NCBI GenBank assembly: GCA_039030015.1
Contig: JBCCEZ010000014.1
Location: 15,119 to 79,118, forward strand
Direction: 5' to 3'
From: Gemmatimonadota bacterium
GTDB taxonomy: Bacteria; Gemmatimonadota; Gemmatimonadetes; Longimicrobiales; Gaopeijiaceae
DNA length: 64,000 nucleotides
Below are positions 36,162 through 44,125 of this stretch, piece after piece. The position numbers and the translations under genes are program-made. How positions within the stretch are numbered: the stretch's first letter is position 1; each line of letters opens with the position of its first letter. The notes beneath the pieces are model-generated. The model worked only from the letters and a program-made list of their open reading frames with translations, had not been told where the DNA came from and ran no database searches.

Positions 36162-36165
36162 TCTC

Positions 36166-39100
36166 GTGCACTTCCTCACCGGCCTTGAAGGGATTCGACG
36201 CCCTCGCGCTTCCCGACCCGCGGGTCTCCGACTTGTCGTCGCGGCGCTCGCGCTGAGTGGATGCTCCTCGGAGGGCGGAACGACGCTCATCATCGATTCA
36301 CCGTCGGGCGTGAACCGCTTCGTGCAAGCTGCGCATAGCGTGCACGAGCGCGAGGTGGCGGACGACCTTCCCGAGACTCGGTGGATCATCCGTACCACGC
36401 GGCAGGTCGTCGACGCGCCGGTAGACACCGTGCGCGCCTGGCTCGAGGAGGCGGATCGGGCCGTGATCCGGCTTGCGTACGAGGAGGTGGCCGAGAAGCT
36501 GACCGAGGCGATGCCCCCGGTTGACGCGCGACCTGGGCCCCTCTGGTTCTTCAGCTCTGAGCCGTCGCTGCTTCGCGAAACCACGGGATCGGATGGCCAG
36601 CGCCACCTCGCCGACCGCGACGACGACTTTTTCCGAAGGCTCGCGGATGGTGTCGACTCGATTGGGGTCGCTGGGCCCGAACTGAAAGCGTGGGAGCACG
36701 CGGACCTTCTACTGGACGCCAAGGGAGAGGAGGCCGCCACCCGGCTCCTGGACTTCCTCGCCGCGGCGGAGGCGGAGGGTGAGAGTGTCGCCCTCGCGTC
36801 ATCGTCGTTGCCCGAATCGGAGGCGCTCGACGAGTTGTACGCCCTCGACGGCCTCCCCGACTTCGGTGATGACGCACCCGTCGTCGGGATCATCGACTTC
36901 GATTCGTATGCTCTCAACAGCGAGTCGGTGATCCTCGACAGCATCGCAGCTGCCCTCTCTCGTCACGGCATTCGACCGCGCCCGGTGATCGCGGAGTGGG
37001 GCGAGAGAACCGCCGATGCGATGATGGAGCACTTTGCGGGCGGCCCCACCGGTGAGCCGGAGGTCGACGCCGTGATCAGCTTGCAGACCTTCTTGCTGGG
37101 CGGCGCGGGGGGGCGGGAGGCTGCGGACTCGCTTCTGGCTTCGTGGGGGGTCCCCGTCTTTCGTGCCATCCGGATGACGGACTTCAGCCCGCTTGAGTGG
37201 AGACTTTCAGCGGAGGGCATTCCGTGGGCGAGCGTCTACCACCAGGTCGCCCTTCCCGAGCTGCAGGCCGTCATCGAACCAACCGTCGTTGCGGCCGAGT
37301 CGACGGACGAGTTGGACGAACTGACGGGGGCCCGCCGTGCGTTGTACGCGCCGATTCCTGAGCAGGTCGAGATGCTCGCGGAGCGCACCGCACGTTGGGT
37401 CAATCTCCGACGGACGGAGAACGAAGACCGCCGCGTCGCCTTCATCTACTACAACCACCCTCCCGGGCGTCAAAACATCGGCGCCGACAACCTGAACGTG
37501 ATCGGGTCGTCGGTCCGGATCCTCGAGCTCCTTCGCGACAATGGGTACGACCTGGGGGACTGGTCTGAGGAGCGGTGGCCGTGGGAGCCGGACTCTCTGG
37601 CAGCTCAGTTGGTCCGTCGGGGGGTCAACGCAGGGATGTATGGCGCGGGGATGCTCGACTCGCTCGTCGCGAGCGGTGCCGTGCTTGTGCCCGCGGAGCA
37701 GTACGAGACGTGGTTCCGTGCCCTCCCCGAACTCGTGCAGGTCGAGATCGAAGACGGGCCGCTCGGATACCTTCAGGCGATCCTCGAGGAGTACATCGTC
37801 AGTGGTGCGCATGCGAATCGCTCGGAGGAGACCGAGCGGATCGTGCATGAGATCATCGAGGGAGAAATCGACCTCGTCTTCGCGCAGATGGAGAGCTTCT
37901 TCGACGCCTTCAGCCCCTTCGCCCCAGAGATGCGTACGGGACCCGATGTGTTGGCGGAAGTAGAGCGGGAGGCCAGGCAGGTCCTCGACGAGGGAGCCCC
38001 GCTCAATGGTCTACTCGAGGCGAAGCGGCGCTTCCTGGATCTCGGGATCGAGGCGCTGAGCGGGTGGGGCCCGCCGCCGGGCAACGTTATGCGTGTGACT
38101 CGAGCGGGGCAGGACTACCTCGTGGTGCCTGGAGTGCAGGGTGGCAACGTCTTCCTCGGGCCTCAGCCGGAGCGCGGATTCGCTGCGGATCCGGAGAAGG
38201 TGCACTCGAGTACGCTGGTCGCGCCGCCGCACCAGTACCTCGCCGTGTACGCCTACCTCTCCCACGAGTTCGGCGCGGACGCCGTTGTGCACGTCGGACG
38301 TCACTCGTCGTACGAATGGCTTCCCCGCAAACAGGTCGGACTCTCTGCGTGGGATCACCCGGTAGCGGTGCTGCAGGGGATGCCGTCCATCTACCTCTAC
38401 ACCGTGGATGGGGTTGGGGAGGGTCTTCAGGCCAAGCGTCGTGGGCTCGCCGCGCTCATCGATCACCTCACGCCTCCGATCAAGACGACCGAGCTCTACG
38501 GAGACCTCCTCGCCCTCCATCAACTCCACGACGGCTACTACGCCCAGGAGGCGCCGGAGCGAAGGAGCGCCATCGTCGAGGAGATCCTCGAGATCTTGGG
38601 GCGACCGGAGCTTGCCGACCTCAGGGAGGAGATGGAGGCGGAGAACGGCGGCCTGCCGGTGACGCAAATGGGACCTGACCTCCTTGTGCACGAGGTCGGT
38701 CACGAGACCGGCGCGTTTCGAGAGACGATGATGCCCTTCGGGCTTCACACGTTTGCGCGCCGTTGGTCCGAGGAAGAGGCCAACATGCTCGCGGAGTCCA
38801 TGGCGGGCTTCCAGGTCTCGGCCGACGCTCCGAATCGAGCTCAGGGGCTGGCCGAGGCGACGGCCGCGAACGTCGCGGCCATCCACGCGAGCACGGAAGC
38901 CGAGGGGGAGAGCCTTCTCCGGGCGCTCGCCGGTGAACGGGTGGAGCCGGGAAGTGGGAACGACCCGATTCGCACCCCGAGCGTACTTCCTACCGGCCGG
39001 AACTTCCACGCGTTGGACGCGACGCTCGTCCCGACTTCTCTCGCGATGCGCCTCGGGAACGCGATGGCGGATCAGAGTCTGGAACGGCTGCGGCGCGAGA

Positions 39101-40665
39101 ACGACGACCCGAACCACACACCCGAGCGGGTCAGCGCGGTCCTATGGGCTGTCGAAACAACGCGCGATGAGGGCGCCACCGTAGGTTTCGTGCTCCAACT
39201 GCTGGGGCTCCGAGCGGTGTGGGACGTCCGAGGGAAGGTCGAGCGCCTCGAGCGGATTCCGCTCCGCGAACTCGGCCGACCGAGGGTCGACGTGACGATG
39301 ATCACGTCGGGTCTCTTCCGGGACATCTTTTCCCCGGTACTCCATCTGCTGGACCAGGGTACGCGACTCGCGATCGCGGGATCTGCTCGGACGATCCTCA
39401 CTGAGCAGCCGGGTTTGGCCCCGGCTCTTCGCGCGGCGCTCTTCGACATCCCTGCGGAGTCTTGGGGCACGGAGTCCCTGGCTGAAAACCACGTGGCGGG
39501 ACATTGGTTGGCCGAAGTGAGCGAACGACTCGACGAGGTGACGGCGAGTGGCGCTACCGTGAGAGACGCGCAGCGGGAGCGGGCGGGTCGAGTCGCCCAG
39601 GCGAGGATCTTCGGACCGTCGGTCGGCGACTATGGAGCCGGCTTGAACTACCTGATTGGGCAACCGTGGACGTGGGACGACCGCGGTGAGCTCTCCGGTC
39701 ACTACCTCCGGAACATGCAGTACGCATACGGCGGTGAGGTGTGGGGGGACCCAATGGCGGCCGACGGTCTGGAGCGTAAGCTCGAGGGCACGGAAGCCGC
39801 CTTCCACTCGCGGTCGTCGAACCTCTACGGGGTCGCGGACAACGACGACTTTTTCGACTACTTCGGTGGCTTGTCGATGGCTGTGGAAGCCGTGACCGGC
39901 ACGGCCCCGAAGAGCTTCATCCTCCAGTCTACCGATCCGAACAACGTGAGCGTCGAGCGGCTCCAGACCTTCCTCGGCCGAGAGCTGAGAGCGCGGTACT
40001 ACAACCCGGAGTGGATCGAGGGGCAGATGGACGAGGGGTACGACGGTGCCCGAACCATCTCGAACAAGTTCGTCGAGTTCCTTTGGGGCTGGCAGGTCAC
40101 GAACCCGGACATCGTACGCGATTGGATGTGGACGGAGATCCAGGACGTCTACGTCGAGGACCGGTACGGCCTTGGACTCGAGGAGTGGTTCGACGCTGGG
40201 GATCGAGGCTACGCGCTCCAGAATGTGCTGGCGATCCTCATGACGGCTGCCGAGCGGGGCTTTTGGGGGGCGACGGAGGAAGAGCTCGCGCAGATCGCCG
40301 ACCGACTCGGTACACTGGTCAACGAGATCGGCGTCGCGTGCTCGACGCATCTCTGCGGGAACACCGACGTGATGGAGTATGCCGAGGCTCGGATGACACC
40401 GGAGCTCCAGGACAGCTTCCGAGAGGCGCTCGACGAGGCACGCTTCGCGTGGGCCGACACCGATGGGCCGGTGGACGAGACTGCGGACGGTGATGTGACC
40501 GATCCGTCGGCAGGTGAGCCCTCTGCCGTGGTGACTGAGGTCACGCCGACCCCCGAAGAGTCCGCACCGACGAATACGCCGCGGAACGTCGCCCTCGGGC
40601 TTCTCCTGGCCCTCCTGCTCGCGGCGTTCGGTACCGGGGTGCTGCGCGGACGAGGTCATCGATGA
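36166..40665 (+). CDS. CobN/Mg-chelatase-family protein (HmuS-like), predicted lipoprotein with a C-terminal TM anchor
   Basis: CobN signatures are HVGRHSSYEWLPRKQVGLS, GEGLQAKRRGLAALIDHLTPP, LPTGRNFHALD, VLWAVETTRDEGATVGFVLQLLGLRAVWD and RPRVDVTMITSGLFRD. The start was set to the GTG at 36166 because the ORF-track start (36028) lies inside the riboswitch. The N-terminus RLVVAALALSGC is a signal plus lipobox. The C-terminus NVALGLLLALLLAAFGTGVL is a TM helix. Confidence 0.9.
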   Translation: MHFLTGLEGIRRPRASRPAGLRLVVAALALSGCSSEGGTTLIIDSPSGVNRFVQAAHSVHEREVADDLPETRWIIRTTRQVVDAPVDTVRAWLEEADRAVIRLAYEEVAEKLTEAMPPVDARPGPLWFFSSEPSLLRETTGSDGQRHLADRDDDFFRRLADGVDSIGVAGPELKAWEHADLLLDAKGEEAATRLLDFLAAAEAEGESVALASSSLPESEALDELYALDGLPDFGDDAPVVGIIDFDSYALNSESVILDSIAAALSRHGIRPRPVIAEWGERTADAMMEHFAGGPTGEPEVDAVISLQTFLLGGAGGREAADSLLASWGVPVFRAIRMTDFSPLEWRLSAEGIPWASVYHQVALPELQAVIEPTVVAAESTDELDELTGARRALYAPIPEQVEMLAERTARWVNLRRTENEDRRVAFIYYNHPPGRQNIGADNLNVIGSSVRILELLRDNGYDLGDWSEERWPWEPDSLAAQLVRRGVNAGMYGAGMLDSLVASGAVLVPAEQYETWFRALPELVQVEIEDGPLGYLQAILEEYIVSGAHANRSEETERIVHEIIEGEIDLVFAQMESFFDAFSPFAPEMRTGPDVLAEVEREARQVLDEGAPLNGLLEAKRRFLDLGIEALSGWGPPPGNVMRVTRAGQDYLVVPGVQGGNVFLGPQPERGFAADPEKVHSSTLVAPPHQYLAVYAYLSHEFGADAVVHVGRHSSYEWLPRKQVGLSAWDHPVAVLQGMPSIYLYTVDGVGEGLQAKRRGLAALIDHLTPPIKTTELYGDLLALHQLHDGYYAQEAPERRSAIVEEILEILGRPELADLREEMEAENGGLPVTQMGPDLLVHEVGHETGAFRETMMPFGLHTFARRWSEEEANMLAESMAGFQVSADAPNRAQGLAEATAANVAAIHASTEAEGESLLRALAGERVEPGSGNDPIRTPSVLPTGRNFHALDATLVPTSLAMRLGNAMADQSLERLRRENDDPNHTPERVSAVLWAVETTRDEGATVGFVLQLLGLRAVWDVRGKVERLERIPLRELGRPRVDVTMITSGLFRDIFSPVLHLLDQGTRLAIAGSARTILTEQPGLAPALRAALFDIPAESWGTESLAENHVAGHWLAEVSERLDEVTASGATVRDAQRERAGRVAQARIFGPSVGDYGAGLNYLIGQPWTWDDRGELSGHYLRNMQYAYGGEVWGDPMAADGLERKLEGTEAAFHSRSSNLYGVADNDDFFDYFGGLSMAVEAVTGTAPKSFILQSTDPNNVSVERLQTFLGRELRARYYNPEWIEGQMDEGYDGARTISNKFVEFLWGWQVTNPDIVRDWMWTEIQDVYVEDRYGLGLEEWFDAGDRGYALQNVLAILMTAAERGFWGATEEELAQIADRLGTLVNEIGVACSTHLCGNTDVMEYAEARMTPELQDSFREALDEARFAWADTDGPVDETADGDVTDPSAGEPSAVVTEVTPTPEESAPTNTPRNVALGLLLALLLAAFGTGVLRGRGHR

Positions 40666-41228
40666 CGGCATCGCTTCTTCCCATCCTGCACGGCTTCGTG
40701 CAGGCGCTTCTCGGGCCGGTGCTGCTGACGCTCTTCTTGTCGACCGTCTACCTGACGTACGAGTGCGGCGTCTTCCTACGTGAAGCGTGGTCTCGAAGGG
40801 GCGGGCGCCTCGGGAGCGCCGCCGCCGCGGACCACCCGGGCGACCTCGCCGAGGCGCACCGATTGCTGGCTGACACGGAAGCCGGCTTCGCTCGGCGGCT
40901 GGAGCGCACCGACATTCTCGCTCGCCTCGGCCCGGCCCTCGGCCTCGCCGGTACGTTGATCCCCTTGGGGCCAGGGCTTTCCGGTCTCCAGCGAGGCGAT
41001 GTCTCGGTCCTCGCCAGCGCGTTGACCGTGGCGTTCGACACGACGGTGTTGGGGCTGGTTGTCGGCGTCGTGGCCTTCGTCCTTTCTCGCGTGCGCCGGC
41101 GTTGGTACGAGTCTGAGTTGGACTCGCTAGCGGAGCAGTGGGAGGAGTCGCTTCCGGGCGCCGCGGCGAACGACGGGGTAGGGGACGGCGAGTCCGGCGA
41201 TGGACTTCGCGCGAAGGGCTCAACGTGA
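40662..41228 (+). CDS. MotA/TolQ/ExbB-family proton-channel protein
   Basis: ATGA overlap with the cobN-like stop. Three TM helices are present, with ILARLGPALGLAGTLIPLGPGL and TTVLGLVVGVVAFVLSRV resembling the conserved MotA_ExbB core. Confidence 0.85.
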   Translation: MTASLLPILHGFVQALLGPVLLTLFLSTVYLTYECGVFLREAWSRRGGRLGSAAAADHPGDLAEAHRLLADTEAGFARRLERTDILARLGPALGLAGTLIPLGPGLSGLQRGDVSVLASALTVAFDTTVLGLVVGVVAFVLSRVRRRWYESELDSLAEQWEESLPGAAANDGVGDGESGDGLRAKGST

Positions 41229-41599
41229 ACAAGGGGCCGCGCCTGCGTCGCAGACCTCGCCGAGTGCTCGGTACCGGTCGGTTCTCCCGGGAGCACGACG
41301 ACGATCCGTTAACCGGGCTCGCGAACCTTGTCGACCTGATGCTCGTCTTCGCCTGTGGCCTTTTGATTGCCGTCTTCCTCTCGCTCGACCTCGCCGACCT
41401 CCTTCAGCTTCCTGAGGAAGAGCGAGCCGCCGTTCTCGAGTCCCTCCGGAACGCGCAGGAGCTCGATGCCATCGACACCCGACCCGAGAACGTCACGCAG
41501 AGTGAGATCGAGAGCGCCGGCCAGTATCGGTCGGTCGGGACGGTATATCGTGACACGTTGACCGGCCGGATGTTCGTCATAGAGGGCGACGGCCGCTGA
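41225..41599 (+). CDS. ExbD/TolR-like single-pass protein (DUF2149-like)
   Basis: GTGA overlap with the exbB-like stop. The basic N-terminus is followed by DPLTGLANLVDLMLVFACGLLIAVFL, an ExbD-type TM segment, and then a short soluble domain. The DUF2149 assignment is from memory. Confidence 0.7.
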   Translation: MNKGPRLRRRPRRVLGTGRFSREHDDDPLTGLANLVDLMLVFACGLLIAVFLSLDLADLLQLPEEERAAVLESLRNAQELDAIDTRPENVTQSEIESAGQYRSVGTVYRDTLTGRMFVIEGDGR

Positions 41600-41679
41600 G
41601 CCTCGGGTACCACGACCCTGTTCGTCGGCTCGCGAGGGGGACCCCGACCGAGTAGACGCGGATCCATCCGGCGCTTAGC

Positions 41680-44121
41680 GTGCGCCCCCGCGTCTCGCTC
41701 TGCCTCGGAGGTCCCGTGCGTACCCCACTCCGTACCCTGATCCGACGCCCACTTCGCGCGGCTGGGTGGTGTGTCTCCTTCGCCCTTCTAGGAGTGATCG
41801 CCGCCTGCGGCGACGCCACGAGCGGGGACGGCCCCGCTTCGGCGCCCGGCGACTACACCCAGGTCGCGGCACAGCTCGAGGCGATGATCGAGCGCGAGCG
41901 TGAGGAGAAGGGACTCGAAGCCGTCTCCATTGCTCTCGTGGACGGGGACGACGTGGTGTGGGCGAGCGGATTCGGCGAGCAATCCAACGGCGTTCCCGCG
42001 ACGGCCGAGACCGTGTACCGGGTGGGATCGGTCTCGAAGATGTTCACGGACATTGCCGTGATGCAGCTCCTCGAAGCCGGCGAGATGGACATCGATGCGC
42101 CGGTGCAGGAGTACGTCCCCGACTTCAATCCGACGAACGACTCGGGGACGCCGATCACGCTACGGCAGCTGATGGCCCACCGCGCGGGGATCATCCGCGA
42201 ACCACCTGCCGGCCACTACTTCGACGACACCGGTACCGACCTGGCGACCACGGTTCGTAGCATGGACCTCACGCCGCAGATCTATCCGCCCACGACGCGG
42301 ACGAAGTACTCCAATGCGGGGATCGCCGTCGTGGGGTATGCCCTCGAGACGACGCAGGGACGGCCCTTCGCCGAGTACGTGAAGGAGGCCGTACTTCAAC
42401 CGCTCGGCATGACACGGAGCGCCTTCGAGCCGGAAGTCGAGATCGTGAACGACCTCGCCGATGCATGGATGTGGGGCTTCGACCGGGCGCTCTTTCCCGC
42501 ACCGACCTTCGAGCTCGGCATGGCGCCGGCCGGGAGCATGTATTCGACCGTCCTCGACCTGTCGCGCTTCATGAGTGCGGCTTTCCGCGGTGGAGTCGGG
42601 GAGGACGGACAGCGGGTCCTCGCGGCCGAAACGCTGGAGTCGATGTTCGAACCACAATTCGCCGAGGCCGGCGCGACGACCGGGTATGGATTCGGCTTCC
42701 GCGTGAGCGAGATGGACGGGCACCGCCACCTCGGGCACGGCGGAGCGATCTACGGCTTTTCCACCCAGCTCTCCATGCTCCCGGACGAGGGGTTGGGAGT
42801 GGCCGTCGTCTCTGCGGTGGACGGGACGAACACGGTCGTGGGGCGAATCGCAGACGCCGCGCTCCAGATGATGTTGGCGGCTCGGAGTGGATCCCCTCTC
42901 CCCATGGACGTGATGCTCGGAACCGATCCGATCGATCCCGAGCTCTCCCGCGAGCTCGAAGGCTGGTACGGGACGGGCGACGCGGCGGTGGAGTTGGACG
43001 ACCGGGGCGGCCGCCTCTACGCGATCCCCGCGCGGGGTGGGGCCGTGATGGAGGTGCGGAGCCGGGGGGACACGCTCATCGTCGACGATCGGGTCTCGTT
43101 CGGGCTTCGCATGCTCCGAGAGGGCTCGGACCTGGTGCGGCTCGGTGACTCGCCCGTTCGGCTCGCCCGGCGTGCGGACGGAGGACTGCCGCCAGCCGCT
43201 CCCGCTCGATGGGAGGGGTTGATCGGTGAGTACGGATGGGACCACAACGTCCTCTACATCCTGGAGCGGGAGGGCCAGCTCCATGCCCTGATCGAGTGGT
43301 TCTTCCTCTACCCGCTCGAGGAGATTTCGCAGGACGTCTTTGCCTTCCCCGATTGGGGCCTGTATCACGACGAACGGCTGGTCTTCGAGCGGGACGGCGC
43401 GGGACGAGCGACCTCGGTCGAAGCGGCTTCGGTGCGCTTCGATCGGCGCGAGGTCGGGACCGAGGCCGGGCGGACCTTCCGGATCAACCCTGTGCGCCCG
43501 GTCCGCGAGCTGCGCGCGGAGGCACTCGCCGCCGATCCCCTTCAGGAAGAGGGTGAATTCAGACCGTCCGACTTGGTGGAAGTCGCGACGCTGGATCCGG
43601 GCATCAAGCTGGACGTGCGGTACGCTACGACCAACAACTTCATGTCGTCGGTCTTCTACGACGAGGCGCGGATCTTCCTGCAGCGGCCGGCCGCGGAAGG
43701 CGTCCTCGAGGCGCACCGGGCGCTCACCGAGTACGGGTACGGTCTCCTCCTCCACGACGGGTACCGACCGTGGTACGTCACCAAGACTTTCTGGGATGCG
43801 ACTCCGGAGGAACAGAAGCTCTTCGTGGCGAATCCGGCCAACGGTTCTCGGCACAACCGCGGCGCCGCGATCGATTTGACGATGTACGACGTCAGGACCG
43901 GGGAGCCGGTCGACATGGTTGGCGGCTACGACGAGTTCTCACCCCGCTCGTTCCCCGACTACCTCGGTGGCACATCTCGACAGCGCTGGCTTCGGAATCT
44001 CCTTCGCAACGCGATGGAGGAGGCCGGATTCTCCGTGTACGAGGCCGAGTGGTGGCACTTCGACCACGAAGACTGGCGGATGTACGCGATTCAGAACGCG
44101 ACGTTCGACGAGCTGAGGTAG
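41680..44121 (+). CDS. Exported fusion: beta-lactamase-family serine hydrolase, DUF3471-like middle region and a VanX/DdpX-type D-Ala-D-Ala dipeptidase (M15D)
   Basis: The lipobox is LLGVIAAC. N-domain motifs are SVSK (SxxK), YSN and HGG. The C-domain has DVRYATTNNF, LLLHDGYRPW, GSRHNRGAAIDLTM and AEWWHFDH (VanX zinc and catalytic motifs). Confidence 0.9.
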   Translation: MRPRVSLCLGGPVRTPLRTLIRRPLRAAGWCVSFALLGVIAACGDATSGDGPASAPGDYTQVAAQLEAMIEREREEKGLEAVSIALVDGDDVVWASGFGEQSNGVPATAETVYRVGSVSKMFTDIAVMQLLEAGEMDIDAPVQEYVPDFNPTNDSGTPITLRQLMAHRAGIIREPPAGHYFDDTGTDLATTVRSMDLTPQIYPPTTRTKYSNAGIAVVGYALETTQGRPFAEYVKEAVLQPLGMTRSAFEPEVEIVNDLADAWMWGFDRALFPAPTFELGMAPAGSMYSTVLDLSRFMSAAFRGGVGEDGQRVLAAETLESMFEPQFAEAGATTGYGFGFRVSEMDGHRHLGHGGAIYGFSTQLSMLPDEGLGVAVVSAVDGTNTVVGRIADAALQMMLAARSGSPLPMDVMLGTDPIDPELSRELEGWYGTGDAAVELDDRGGRLYAIPARGGAVMEVRSRGDTLIVDDRVSFGLRMLREGSDLVRLGDSPVRLARRADGGLPPAAPARWEGLIGEYGWDHNVLYILEREGQLHALIEWFFLYPLEEISQDVFAFPDWGLYHDERLVFERDGAGRATSVEAASVRFDRREVGTEAGRTFRINPVRPVRELRAEALAADPLQEEGEFRPSDLVEVATLDPGIKLDVRYATTNNFMSSVFYDEARIFLQRPAAEGVLEAHRALTEYGYGLLLHDGYRPWYVTKTFWDATPEEQKLFVANPANGSRHNRGAAIDLTMYDVRTGEPVDMVGGYDEFSPRSFPDYLGGTSRQRWLRNLLRNAMEEAGFSVYEAEWWHFDHEDWRMYAIQNATFDELR

Positions 44122-44125
44122 GTCG

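Noticed and set aside
36028-36165. The ORF-track start of the cobN-like ORF at 36028 (MLPRARRRVPSPLPRTPSREGRVSRRG...).
   Set aside because: This stretch coincides with the conserved 3' half of the cobalamin riboswitch and its expression platform. A GTG at 36166 with an upstream purine-rich site gives a canonical lipoprotein signal.
35796-36944. A 382-aa minus-strand Ser/Ala/Arg-rich ORF spanning the riboswitch region.
   Set aside because: It is low-complexity (SSSASDSG, SASAAARKSRSR). It is antisense to the cobN-like gene and overlaps the riboswitch.
39142-41232. A 696-aa minus-strand ORF.
   Set aside because: It is antisense to the 3' part of the cobN-like gene and to the exbB-like gene. 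The sequence is Arg/Pro-rich and low-complexity.
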